Shown here: positions 30,504 through 40,573 of the stretch, one piece after another
Layout of the letters: the number at the start of each line of letters is the position of its first letter
Position numbering within the stretch: the first letter of the stretch is position 1
DNA from: Promethearchaeota archaeon
Lineage (GTDB): Archaea > Asgardarchaeota > Lokiarchaeia > Sigyniarchaeales > SOKP01
DNA length: 64,000 nt
Reading direction: 5' to 3'
NCBI GenBank assembly: GCA_016839705.1
Contig: JAEOTR010000046.1
Location: 32,001-96,000 of the forward strand
Translations under genes and position numbers: made by a program
The notes under the pieces: generated by a model
Told to the model about the DNA's origin: nothing
The model's input: only the letters and a program-made list of their open reading frames with translations
Databases searched by the model: none

Positions 30504-30528
30504 TTTACATAGATGTAAATTACATCTA
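30504..30528. promoter_or_regulatory. Overlapping inverted repeats upstream of the large surface protein gene
   Basis: TTTACAT-ag-ATGTAAA overlapping TAGATGTAA-a-TTACATCTA. Confidence 0.4.
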
Positions 30529-30565
30529 AAAGAATATCCTTTAAAACAATACAAGGGATTTTGGG

Positions 30566-33500
30566 TTGATGGAAAATAGATACAAAATTCGAGTTTTATA
30601 TATCTTAATTATAGTATGCTCAATTCCAATTATTTCTTGGGTGAATTGTAACAATCAAAATAATGATTTTGATAATGATAAGAATAAATATATCCATGAT
30701 TTAGATTCACAAATTAAACTTTCAAATAATCCTCCAAATAATAATTACTTTAAATATTATAAAGAAATAACTATAAATCATTTAAAAGTCTCTGATGACC
30801 TTACTAATTTTTCCCTGTTAGTTTCCATATTTGATGAAGATTTACATGATGATGTTCAATATGACGGGGACGATATTGCATTTGCAATAGATAATGAGTG
30901 GTTAGACCATGAAATAGAATTATTTCATCAAAGTTATAGCTCCACTCACGCGCAATTAGTCGCCTGGGTACGAATACCTTCACTTTCAAGTACTATTGAT
31001 ACTAAAATTTATATGTATTATGGAAACTCGACAATGGGGTCGCAACAAAATCCTAGTGGGGTTTGGAGTTCAAATTATAAAGGAGTATGGCACTTAAATA
31101 CAACTTTATTAGATTCAACTTCAAATGATAATGATGGTACAAACTATGAGGCAGATGATGGTTCAGCATATATAGCTAATGGTAGGGATTATGATGGGAG
31201 TAATGATTATTCAAATATGGGGTCAGATAGCAGTATAGATAACATATTTAATGGGGGTGCGACTATTTCGGCTTGGATAAAACCAGAGGGATGGGGTGGT
31301 GGTCAATATGGTCGAGTTTTAGCCAAATCATCTGTTACAGCTGGTACAGATGGATGGGTTATGTGTGTTGACGGAGAAGCAGATTCGGTTGATCATCATT
31401 TACTTTTTTATCGAGGTTTCGATAAGAATCCTTATAGAGGTCTTTGGTATACTCCTGCTGATTCTATAAGTCTTAATCAGTGGCAATATGTAGTTGTAAC
31501 TTATGACGATGGCTCAGATACTAATGTTCCTTCTATCTATATAAATGCCGGAGCGTCTCGCTCCCTTACACCAGAGCCCTCACCTAGCGGAGACGCTGTT
31601 GATGATTCTTCTCAAGAATTATATATTGGTAATTATGGAGGAGTACTTAAGGATCGGGCTTTTGATGGTATAATTGACGAAGTTCGTATATCGTCGGGGA
31701 TTAAGTCATCCGATTGGATTCAAACAGAATATAACAATCAATATGATCCTAATTCATTTTATACGGTTAGTTCCTCATTCGAAATTGATAAAGTTCCCCC
31801 GGATATTACGATAAACTTACCAACGAATAATACTTTATTTGGAAGTATAGCACCAAATTTCATCGTTGAAATAGACGATAATAATAGTATAAGTTCAAGG
31901 TGGTATCGTTTACTTAATGGGACAGCAACCACGATTAATACAACTTTTACGTCAAATGGAAGTATTAACCAAACACGATGGAATGAGATGGGAAATGGAA
32001 CAATAACTATTCAATTTTTTGCTAACGATTCTTCAGGAAATATAGGTTTTTCGGAAGTTGTCGTTCGAAAGGATATAATTTTTCCGTCAGTTGTAATTAT
32101 TGCTCCAAATAATTTCGATCTTTTTGGATCTACAGCTCCTGACTATAATGTAGAAATTTGGGACCATAACGGTGTAGATTATAGGTGGTATACGTTAAAT
32201 AATGGTCTAGAGACATATTTCAATGATAATGGTACAATATCGCAATCCGCTTGGAGTTTATGTGGTAACGGTACGGTTTCAATTAAATTTTATGCGAATG
32301 ACTCGTTGGGTAATGAAGGTTTTTCAGAAGTGATCGTTCGAAAAGAGATTGAATCCCCAACAATTACAATTAAATCTCCCCATGATTTGGATCTTTTTGG
32401 AAGTACTGCTCCCGCCTTTAACGTAGAAATTTGGGACAGTAATGGTGTGGATACTATGTGGTATACTTTAAACAATGGTATAGATATTCCCTTTACTGAA
32501 AACGGGACAATATCACCATCAGCTTGGAGTTTATGTGGTAATGGTACTGTTTCAATTAAATTTTATGCGAATAACACATTGGGTAATACAGATTTTTCAG
32601 AAGTAATTGTTAGGAAAGATATGATAGATCCTGTAATTACAATTAACACACCCGATCCTGATGACTTATTTGGAAGTACTGCTCCTTCATTTACTGTTAT
32701 AATCACTGACCCAAACGGAATTGATACTAGGTGGTATACCATTGATGGGGGAATTACAAATACTACTTTTACATCAAACGGGATAATAAATCAAAGTTTA
32801 TGGGAATCTCGAGTAAATGGTACTGTAACAATTGGTTTTTATGCAAATGATTCCTTAGGCAATGTTGGCTATGAAGAAGTTATTGTTCGAAAAGATATTG
32901 AACCCCCTTCTATACAAATTAATTCCCCAAATCCTTACGAATTATTTGGAGTAAGTGCTCCTAGTTTTAACGTCGAAATAATTGATAGTAGTGGAATAAA
33001 TACAAGGTGGTATACGATTGATGGGGGTGTAACAAACATAACATTCACTTCAAATGATACTATAAATCAAGGGTTATGGAGTTTTGAAGAAAACGGAACG
33101 GTTACAATCAAATTTTATGCAACAGACTCATTAGGAAATGAAGGATCTTCAAATGTTACCGTTCGAAAAGATATGGATCCTCCTTTGATACAAATTAATT
33201 CTCCACATGATGACGAACTATTTAATGAAATTGCTCCTAACTTTAATGTAGAAATTGGGGACAGTAATGGTGTGGATACTATGTGGTATACATTAAATAA
33301 CGGTATAGATATTCCCTTCACTGGAAATGGTACAATATCACAATCAGATTGGTTTATATGTGATTATGGTAGTATTTCAATTAAATTCTATGCGAATGAC
33401 TCCTTGGGTAATGAAGATTTTTCAGAAGTGATCGTTCAAAAAGAGCTTAGTCCCCCTTCCATAATAATTAATAATCCTATCTCAGATCAACTATTTGGGG

Positions 33501-35254
33501 TAATTGCGCCCATTTATAATGTTGAAATAACTGATTTTAATGGTATAGATACAATGTGGTACTCTCTTGATGGCGGGTTAACAAATATAATTTTTACTAC
33601 TAATAGCTCAATAAATCAAACAATTTGGGATACTTTTGGAGATGGGAATATTACCATAAGATTTTATGCAAATAATAGTATAGGAATAATCGGATTTTCA
33701 GAAGTGTCAATAGTAAAAGATATTTATGCTCCAATGATTACGATTAATAGCCCAAATAATAATTCATATTGTAATAAAGCACCTATCATTAATATAGATG
33801 CGTATGATATTAATTTCGACAAATTATGGTGTAAAATTGGGAGTAGTAATATTTCACTTATAAATAACGCAGATTTTGAATTAAACAGCTCCATTTGGGA
33901 TAGTTTACCTGAAGGATCTTTTCAAATCTTTATTTATGCGAATGATACGATTGGTCATTTAAATGATACTATCGTATTGATGCTCTGTAAAGATACGATT
34001 AGCCCAAATGCTCCAATACTCTTAAATTTTCCAACAGGAGAAGTTAGCTTGCCGATTATTTTTGATTGGGAGGATGGGACTGATGCATCGGGGATTGACC
34101 ATTATCGATTAATTATAGACAATGAAGAAGATCCTTTTGCAAGTCCCGGTTTTATTTTTGAGATAAATATTACCAATATTGGCTCGGAAAGTAGTTATTA
34201 TGAATTATTTGAATATCTAATTCCTAGTAACTATTACTTTTTTATATATCAAATTGATGAGGCTGGAAATCAAGGAAGTGCTGCCTATGATACTTTTACT
34301 ATAAAAAGCACATCTGCACCAGTAACACAATTTCCATGGTGGATAATTTTAGTAATAGCAGTTCCTTTAGGATTAGCATTAGTTATAGTTGGTCTGAAAA
34401 AATCAAAAAAGAAAGAAATACAGGTAGTGATAATAGACAAGGAATTAGATAAACTTAAGGAAAATAGAGTTATTTTAGACGCAGAAGCTAAATCTGCTGA
34501 AAAATCATATAATTACCTAAAAGCTGCAGATAATTATGAAGATTGTGCCAAAATATCGTATCAGTTATACAATGAAGGAGACAAAATTGAGGAATATAAA
34601 TATAAAGAGTATAAGCGTTTAGAAATGGAAGCAAGATCCAACGCTGAATCCATTCCTTTAAGAAATGATTGCATTAACAATTTATTAACTAGATTTTTTG
34701 ATGAGAATGGGATAAAGTATTATTCAAATCCTCAAATCTATCCTGAAAATCAAGGCATGATAAATGGGTTAATCCTAAATGATAACAATTTTTTACAAAA
34801 TAGATTCACCAATCTTGATGATAGCCCAGACCTGGCTGAGGAACTACATACCGATCCTGCCAACTTAGAAAATGTTAATGCCATACAACTCTTATATGTT
34901 ATAGATTTATCCGTTGACGCGATAATTGATTATTGCCAAAAGTTTCAGAATCCAAACATGATTCTTTATATTGTAGGTATTGAATGGCCTGCCTATAATT
35001 ATGAGGAGAAAATTAATCTTCCTAAAGATAAAACCATAAAATACCCAGAAAATATCAAAATATTTGATTTAAACTTATTTTTCAGAATATTTCTTATAGA
35101 TGATCAATATAAAGCGAAACTCAATAATATCATTGATTTAAAATCTGATATAAAGGCTTTAGAGGAATTATTTGAAACCTCTAAAATTCATTTACATAAC
35201 TCCCAAGAATTGAAAGATGAATTAAAGCAAAAAGGATGGTTTTTCTTGATTTAA
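30566..35254 (+). CDS. Large single-pass surface protein: signal/anchor, DUF2341, LamG-like domain, about 8 Ig-like repeats, TM helix, cytoplasmic domain
   Basis: 'LVAWVRIP...IYMYYGN' (DUF2341), 'FDGIIDEVRIS' (LamG), ~90-aa repeats ending FYANDSLGN, TM FPWWIILVIAVPLGLALVIVGL followed by KKSKKK. Confidence 0.85.
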   Translation: MMENRYKIRVLYILIIVCSIPIISWVNCNNQNNDFDNDKNKYIHDLDSQIKLSNNPPNNNYFKYYKEITINHLKVSDDLTNFSLLVSIFDEDLHDDVQYDGDDIAFAIDNEWLDHEIELFHQSYSSTHAQLVAWVRIPSLSSTIDTKIYMYYGNSTMGSQQNPSGVWSSNYKGVWHLNTTLLDSTSNDNDGTNYEADDGSAYIANGRDYDGSNDYSNMGSDSSIDNIFNGGATISAWIKPEGWGGGQYGRVLAKSSVTAGTDGWVMCVDGEADSVDHHLLFYRGFDKNPYRGLWYTPADSISLNQWQYVVVTYDDGSDTNVPSIYINAGASRSLTPEPSPSGDAVDDSSQELYIGNYGGVLKDRAFDGIIDEVRISSGIKSSDWIQTEYNNQYDPNSFYTVSSSFEIDKVPPDITINLPTNNTLFGSIAPNFIVEIDDNNSISSRWYRLLNGTATTINTTFTSNGSINQTRWNEMGNGTITIQFFANDSSGNIGFSEVVVRKDIIFPSVVIIAPNNFDLFGSTAPDYNVEIWDHNGVDYRWYTLNNGLETYFNDNGTISQSAWSLCGNGTVSIKFYANDSLGNEGFSEVIVRKEIESPTITIKSPHDLDLFGSTAPAFNVEIWDSNGVDTMWYTLNNGIDIPFTENGTISPSAWSLCGNGTVSIKFYANNTLGNTDFSEVIVRKDMIDPVITINTPDPDDLFGSTAPSFTVIITDPNGIDTRWYTIDGGITNTTFTSNGIINQSLWESRVNGTVTIGFYANDSLGNVGYEEVIVRKDIEPPSIQINSPNPYELFGVSAPSFNVEIIDSSGINTRWYTIDGGVTNITFTSNDTINQGLWSFEENGTVTIKFYATDSLGNEGSSNVTVRKDMDPPLIQINSPHDDELFNEIAPNFNVEIGDSNGVDTMWYTLNNGIDIPFTGNGTISQSDWFICDYGSISIKFYANDSLGNEDFSEVIVQKELSPPSIIINNPISDQLFGVIAPIYNVEITDFNGIDTMWYSLDGGLTNIIFTTNSSINQTIWDTFGDGNITIRFYANNSIGIIGFSEVSIVKDIYAPMITINSPNNNSYCNKAPIINIDAYDINFDKLWCKIGSSNISLINNADFELNSSIWDSLPEGSFQIFIYANDTIGHLNDTIVLMLCKDTISPNAPILLNFPTGEVSLPIIFDWEDGTDASGIDHYRLIIDNEEDPFASPGFIFEINITNIGSESSYYELFEYLIPSNYYFFIYQIDEAGNQGSAAYDTFTIKSTSAPVTQFPWWIILVIAVPLGLALVIVGLKKSKKKEIQVVIIDKELDKLKENRVILDAEAKSAEKSYNYLKAADNYEDCAKISYQLYNEGDKIEEYKYKEYKRLEMEARSNAESIPLRNDCINNLLTRFFDENGIKYYSNPQIYPENQGMINGLILNDNNFLQNRFTNLDDSPDLAEELHTDPANLENVNAIQLLYVIDLSVDAIIDYCQKFQNPNMILYIVGIEWPAYNYEEKINLPKDKTIKYPENIKIFDLNLFFRIFLIDDQYKAKLNNIIDLKSDIKALEELFETSKIHLHNSQELKDELKQKGWFFLI
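31787..33990 (+). repeat. Intragenic tandem array of about 8 Ig-like repeats (~275 bp)
   Basis: Recurrent D..P.I.I..P....LFG..AP.FNVEI.D..G.D..WY...G...NGT..I.FYAND..GN; near-identical DNA at ~32420-32500 and ~33245-33325. Confidence 0.85.
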
Positions 35255-35281
35255 TCTTTTCTTTTGATATACTAAAATATA

Positions 35282-36838
35282 TTAAATAAGATTTTTAATA
35301 GCTGTTAACATTGCTTTTAATTGATTATGGATTTCTGTTTGGTATTCTTTTCCAATCTTGAAGAAAATAATGGAACCCATTTTTCTCTCTAATTCCTCAT
35401 CTATCTGAAATTCGTGTATTAAACTTGACCAGTCATTTTTTTCTGATACAAGGATTCCTATCACCAAGACTTTACCTTTTTCTAAAAATTCTAATATTTT
35501 ACTAACAATATATGTCCATTTAGGATTAATTGAATCTCTATCTCGTGCATCAAAGATACAAAAAACTCCGTCAGAATCACTTACTTCCTTTAAGAAGTAG
35601 ATGCAATTTTTTAATATTAAGCCATTTGAATATTGATAATATTTTTCATCCTCTTCATCCTTAAAATTCAACAGTTGCTTATTATCATTTGCTTCAATCA
35701 TTATTTGTAAAGCAGGATTCCAATGAGGGTTTTCAGTTAGGAATGTTAAAATTAAATTGTCTTTAAATTGCATAATATCTCCAATTTCATTCAACAATTC
35801 TTGATTTCTTTGTAGTTGGGCTAATTCTTTACATTTGGTAATGAAATTATATGAAATTAATCTAAATGCATCCTCAACGTTCTCTCCTGTTAATGCACTA
35901 GTTTCAAGGTACAAAATATTTCTATTTGTGGATCCAGTTAAATTTTGCGACATAATAACAGCATCTTGATTGTTAATAACACGTTTTTCAACTAAATCCT
36001 TTTTATTACCAATAATCATGACGGGCAAATCTTTAATGTTAATAAATTCATTTAACTCATTATACCAATTTTTAATATTTTCAAATGATTTTTTACTTGT
36101 TAGATCAAAAACAATAAATCCTGCCTGAGCACCGTTATAATAAGTTTTACGATATCTCCTAAAATATTCTTGTGCGCCTATATCCCAGAGAGCTACATTA
36201 ATTATATTCCCAAAAGATTCAAACTCATGTGATATAATATTAAGACCAATTGTGGCTCGATAATCTGCGAGAAATCTATTTTCAGAAAATCTACGAATGA
36301 TAGAGGTCTTTCCAACATTATGATCTCCAGTAATTATAAATTTAAATTTGTAAATCCCACTAGAATCGACGTCTAACTGATAGAGTTGGTTTTTCATTCT
36401 TTTTGCTTGTTTCGCTTCATACTTAAAATTTGGAACAGATAATTGCAGATGGTCTCCTTCTTTCACATTAATAATTTGAGCCGTCTTTTCTGCAAGAAAA
36501 TAACCATAAGGAGAATATTGCTCAATTGATGCCATAGTATTTAAGACAATGCTAAGCATTATTTTTTCATCAACAGTTATGAAAATCAATCTATTGTTTT
36601 CTGTTTCAAATGAACATGAGCCGAATTTTTTGAAATCAAATTCAAAGCGTATTCGATCCAATATGGGATTGACAATGGTAGTTAATACTGAAACTATCTC
36701 CATATCAATATCTTCTCTTTTTTCTCCAGCAATAATCAACCCCTCTTCATCAGATACGATTATAGCTTCAGTTTCTTTATTTACTTCTAAAAAATTATTA
36801 AATAGTTCCTTGAAAAGCGCATTTTTACTTAATGACAA
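35282..36838 (-). CDS. Roadblock/LAMTOR-like domain + Rab-like small GTPase + degenerate C-terminal GTPase-like domain
   Basis: 'AIIVSDEEGLIIA' (roadblock), GDHNVGKTS, YRATIG, WDIGAQ, NKKD, ETSA; C-terminal 'SDGVFCIFDAR'. Confidence 0.85.
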   Translation of the reverse strand: MSLSKNALFKELFNNFLEVNKETEAIIVSDEEGLIIAGEKREDIDMEIVSVLTTIVNPILDRIRFEFDFKKFGSCSFETENNRLIFITVDEKIMLSIVLNTMASIEQYSPYGYFLAEKTAQIINVKEGDHLQLSVPNFKYEAKQAKRMKNQLYQLDVDSSGIYKFKFIITGDHNVGKTSIIRRFSENRFLADYRATIGLNIISHEFESFGNIINVALWDIGAQEYFRRYRKTYYNGAQAGFIVFDLTSKKSFENIKNWYNELNEFINIKDLPVMIIGNKKDLVEKRVINNQDAVIMSQNLTGSTNRNILYLETSALTGENVEDAFRLISYNFITKCKELAQLQRNQELLNEIGDIMQFKDNLILTFLTENPHWNPALQIMIEANDNKQLLNFKDEEDEKYYQYSNGLILKNCIYFLKEVSDSDGVFCIFDARDRDSINPKWTYIVSKILEFLEKGKVLVIGILVSEKNDWSSLIHEFQIDEELERKMGSIIFFKIGKEYQTEIHNQLKAMLTAIKNLI

Positions 36839-37012
36839 AGGTGTTGCCTCTTGACTCTTCTAAAATTAAAACTTCTTAATGTATTATTGTGGCTCAATTT
36901 ATCCCTTGAATATATAATGAATTAATAATTATTTAAATATAATTGAGTTTAGCTTCTTTAAGTAAAAGCAAATATTTCTTCAAAAATGAAAAGCATGAAT
37001 TAGGAATGCTTA

Positions 37013-37189
37013 TTACCTCGAGGATGAGTCAACTTCTTCGAAGTTTTCTAGATGTATTTTACCTGAGATTTCAAAACCTATGTAATGATTTAGGGGAACT
37101 CTAGTTTTTAGAAAATGGATCCAATCACCTTCAGTTAATATTTCCTCAGTTCCTTGTTTTATTAAGCTAATTTTATCTTGGATATCCAT
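37013..37189 (-). pseudogene. Truncated duplicate of the tyrS 5' end
   Basis: Translates MDIQDKISLIKQGTEEILTEGDWIHFLKTRVPLNHYIGFEISGKIHL then unrelated ENFEEVDSSSR*; similarity stops at the HIGH motif. Confidence 0.9.
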
Positions 37190-37243
37190 GCGAAAATATA
37201 ATAAAAGAAGGAATAATAATCTTGTTGAAAAATGTTTTAAGGT
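37053..37243. repeat. Direct repeat copy 2 (tyrS 5' end and upstream region)
   Basis: Near-identical to 30164-30353, including a long exact core ...ttcagttaatatttcctcagttccttgttttattaagctaattttatcttggatatccatg. Confidence 0.9.
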
Positions 37244-37334
37244 GGGAACATCTGGAGAATTATTAAATCCTACTCAAAAATTATTTCCTTGCCTTTCTTC
37301 ATTTCTAAATGTAGTGCTTTAATATTCATGTCTG

Positions 37335-37396
37335 AATCACTAAAAATAAAAAGTTTATATATATTAATCACTAAAAATAAAAAGATTATATATATT
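37335..37396. repeat. 31-bp tandem duplication with a BRE/TATA-like sequence
   Basis: aatcactaaaaataaaaag(t/a)ttatatatatt twice, one mismatch. Confidence 0.8.
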
Positions 37397-37786
37397 ATTC
37401 ACGGATATTCTGTAAAATAATTAAAATTGTAAGACGTAATTTACTTTTATTGTGGAAATAATATTATTATCAATAAAAAATTGTACAATTAGAAATTTTA
37501 AGTCTAATAGTTCAAAATCCTCTTTTCTCTTCTTTTCATATATTTTTGTGTTTAAGAATAGTTGAAGATGCCCCCTTGGATGATTCATATTTAGTAATTT
37601 CACACCTATTAGATATTCCTATAAAAAAGTAAAGAAACTAATATTATACTTCGTTTCAGTTATCTCTGTCATTTGATTTGCTATTTGTTTTTGTATAAAT
37701 CTGGTATAAATAATATCTCATTATAAAACCAATTTTCGACTTCTTTTATTTTACTTGTTGTTATATCTACTGTTTTTTTTTAATGA

Positions 37787-38434
37787 TTAATTTTGAATTG
37801 ATTCCCTTCCTTTTCCTACACCAAGGTGTAGGGCTTTAATGTTTGAGTCTACATCTCTTAACCATTCCTTGATAACTTCTTCATAATGCTCAATTTCAAT
37901 AAAGGGTAATTTCCCGGTCATTATAGCAAAACCTAGCAAAATAAGATTAACCTGTTGGTTAGAATCAAAACTACTTAAAGATATTTCTGTGGCATTCATA
38001 AAAAACACCTGATCAGAATAAACATTTAAAATTCCCTTTATTTTTTCTAAGGGAGGATATGTTTCCATATCAGCGGTAACTAATATATTTGGAATATCAC
38101 GTTCATTTATTACAAAACTAGTCTTTATTGATGCAAAAATTCCTTGGCGTAAAGCTTCAACCGGTTCCATGCATATATAAAGATCAGCGTCTCCATAGCA
38201 AATCAAAGATGATTGCAAATTATATCTAGGATTCTCAGTTAATTTTTTCTGATATCGAGTGTGGCTAATTATTGCCCCTTCGCGTTGTGCTAGGCCGTGA
38301 TGTTCTGCTCCAAAGCATGCCTCGACTCCTGCTTTCTGTGCAGCAAATTCAATTAATCTCTTAAGTGTAATAACACCTTGGCCTGCAGTTCCCGCTATAA
38401 CAATATTGATTATATCGGTTTCCTCAAATTTCAC
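37787..38434 (-). CDS. iorB: Indolepyruvate:ferredoxin oxidoreductase beta subunit
   Basis: IAGTAGQG, HGLAQREG, EPVEALR, NLILLG. Confidence 0.88.
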   Translation of the reverse strand: MKFEETDIINIVIAGTAGQGVITLKRLIEFAAQKAGVEACFGAEHHGLAQREGAIISHTRYQKKLTENPRYNLQSSLICYGDADLYICMEPVEALRQGIFASIKTSFVINERDIPNILVTADMETYPPLEKIKGILNVYSDQVFFMNATEISLSSFDSNQQVNLILLGFAIMTGKLPFIEIEHYEEVIKEWLRDVDSNIKALHLGVGKGRESIQN

Positions 38435-40379
38435 GAAAAGGCACCTCCTCTCCGAATAAATTTATAATCGACTTTCTAATTGCCCCATTTGGGCATATTT
38501 CGTAGCATACCCCACATTTTATACATCGATCTTGATCTATTTGCATTTCTTCAATTCCTTCGGTATTAACCCTTCTAATTGCTGGACAACTAAGTACTCT
38601 TGCACATTCAAAGCACATTGAACAGCCTCCTATATAATAAGAAACATCTTGAACCTTTTCCCCCTTATCTTGAAGTGCGTTGATTTGAGCCATTCTCCAT
38701 CTATGAGCTTGCAATGCGCATTCTCTCTTTACGATTATAATCTTTAATCCATTAGTTTTTAGTGCTTCCTCTATGGTATTAGTTAGCTTTTTAGGGTTAT
38801 ATGAATCTTCAACTTTAAGCCAAGGCACTCCAATAGCTCGACAAATCTTTTCAATTGAAAATCCTCGATTTATTAGGTATCGAAGAACGTCGTCTTGATG
38901 TCCAGTCATCGCTGTCCATGAGTTTTCAAAAATCATGAGTAATAAATTTGAGTTATACCCTACTGCTTCAGCCAAGGGAGCCATCCCGGTATGGAAGAAA
39001 GTAGAATCACCAATAAATGCTATTACATTTTGATCTGTTTTCGTTGACATCCCAATAGCTGCGCTCAATCCCCCAGACATACATATTACTAAATCTGAAC
39101 ATTGCTGGGGAGGAAAGAAAGACATTACATAGCAACCTATATCACCACTGATTACGGTATTTGCTAAATTATTTGTAGCCTTTAAAATCGAGTACAATGT
39201 TGCTCTTTCTGGGCATCCTGCGCAAAAAGTTGGGAATCGACTTGGGATAATCTCCTTATATGAATTGAAATAATCAACGGCTTTAGTGATCTGCTCACGT
39301 GGCTTTTTATCAAATATTTGTGCTAAAGATGTAGCCACTAAGCCGGTTGAAAATTCATTATATTTAGGAAAGAACTTTTGTCCCAGAATTTCAGCATCAA
39401 TTCCCTGAATATGGGCAATTTCAGCAATTTTTACCTCCAAGAATGGCTCCAATTCTTCAATTACGATTACTTTATCTAACACTTGGATAAAATCAGAAAT
39501 TTGCTGAAAATTCAAAGGATAAATCATTCCAAGCTTTAAAACTGGAACATCATTTAATTCTAATTGATTAAGAGCTTCTATGGTATATCCAAATGGCATA
39601 CCACTTGTAATAACGCCAATTTTATTTTCACCAGGGATAATTTTATTAAATCCTAATTTTGGTAAAGCTTCTCTAAGTCTTTCTATGCGTTCATATAATC
39701 TTATGTGATTATTAATTGCATGGGGGGGTAATGAATTGAATTTAGGAATGTTTCTGATAAATTCGCCACTTCTTTTACCAGGCATTAAAGTTCCTAGCTC
39801 TACAAAACCCCTTGAATGAGCACTTCTTGTTGATGTCCGAATATTCATCACTAAATCATATTGTTCTGAAAGTTCAAAAGCTAGCTTAACCCAATCTTTG
39901 CATTCCTGGGGCGTGTGAGGTTCTATGGTGGGAAGGTGAAGCATCCACGCATAAAAACGTTCATTCTGTTCTTGATGTGAACCTAAAGAACCTGGATCAG
40001 AACCAACTGAAATTACCATACCTCCCGGATTCGGCCCATTTAAGGCAATTACACTCAAAGCATCACTTGCAACATTCAATCCTACATGTTTCATAGGATT
40101 AAAAGTTCTGCAACCTGTCCATGCTGCTCCTGCACATGCTGATGTTGCAACAGCTTCATTGACAGCCCAATAATGTACTAAAAAGTCGCTATATTCGGGA
40201 AAATCTCTAATTACTTGATGAAAATATTCACCAATGTCACTGGTTGGAGTTCCAGGATATTGAGAAACATATGAAACGCCAGCTTCTAAACATCCTCTCA
40301 CAAGTGCTTCATTTCCAAGCATTAACACTTTTCCTTCAGATTGCGTAAAACGAGTATCTTTATTCATAGTATAACCCAA
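38424..40379 (-). CDS. iorA: Indolepyruvate:ferredoxin oxidoreductase alpha subunit
   Basis: GNEALVRG, YPGTP, MKHVGLNVA, FCAGCP, GDIGCY, IGDSTFFHTG, C-terminal ferredoxin motifs. Confidence 0.93.
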   Translation of the reverse strand: MGYTMNKDTRFTQSEGKVLMLGNEALVRGCLEAGVSYVSQYPGTPTSDIGEYFHQVIRDFPEYSDFLVHYWAVNEAVATSACAGAAWTGCRTFNPMKHVGLNVASDALSVIALNGPNPGGMVISVGSDPGSLGSHQEQNERFYAWMLHLPTIEPHTPQECKDWVKLAFELSEQYDLVMNIRTSTRSAHSRGFVELGTLMPGKRSGEFIRNIPKFNSLPPHAINNHIRLYERIERLREALPKLGFNKIIPGENKIGVITSGMPFGYTIEALNQLELNDVPVLKLGMIYPLNFQQISDFIQVLDKVIVIEELEPFLEVKIAEIAHIQGIDAEILGQKFFPKYNEFSTGLVATSLAQIFDKKPREQITKAVDYFNSYKEIIPSRFPTFCAGCPERATLYSILKATNNLANTVISGDIGCYVMSFFPPQQCSDLVICMSGGLSAAIGMSTKTDQNVIAFIGDSTFFHTGMAPLAEAVGYNSNLLLMIFENSWTAMTGHQDDVLRYLINRGFSIEKICRAIGVPWLKVEDSYNPKKLTNTIEEALKTNGLKIIIVKRECALQAHRWRMAQINALQDKGEKVQDVSYYIGGCSMCFECARVLSCPAIRRVNTEGIEEMQIDQDRCIKCGVCYEICPNGAIRKSIINLFGEEVPFREI

Positions 40380-40573
40380 ATTAACATAATTAAGATTAAT
40401 CTATAATTTTAAAACCAAGTTCTAAGAAAAAGCTTATCATTATTTATATGAGGTTGAATGACACCAATAAAGTATACCGAATCTTTAGTGTAAAAATTTA
40501 TTAATATAAGTTTGATCACTTAATGTTAGAATAGATCATATGTAATTTAAACAAAAATCCTTAAGTGAGATAA

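Noticed and set aside
31787-33990. Repeats as a CRISPR array or a diversity-generating retroelement TR/VR pair
   Set aside because: They are in-frame ~275-bp protein-domain repeats; differences are not adenine-specific and no cas or reverse transcriptase gene is present
30354-37052. Autonomous mobile element or provirus
   Set aside because: No integrase, transposase, replication or capsid gene between the tyrS repeats; kept only as a possible non-autonomous island
37421-37603. 60-aa minus-strand ORF
   Set aside because: Low-complexity AT-rich sequence with no motif or context support
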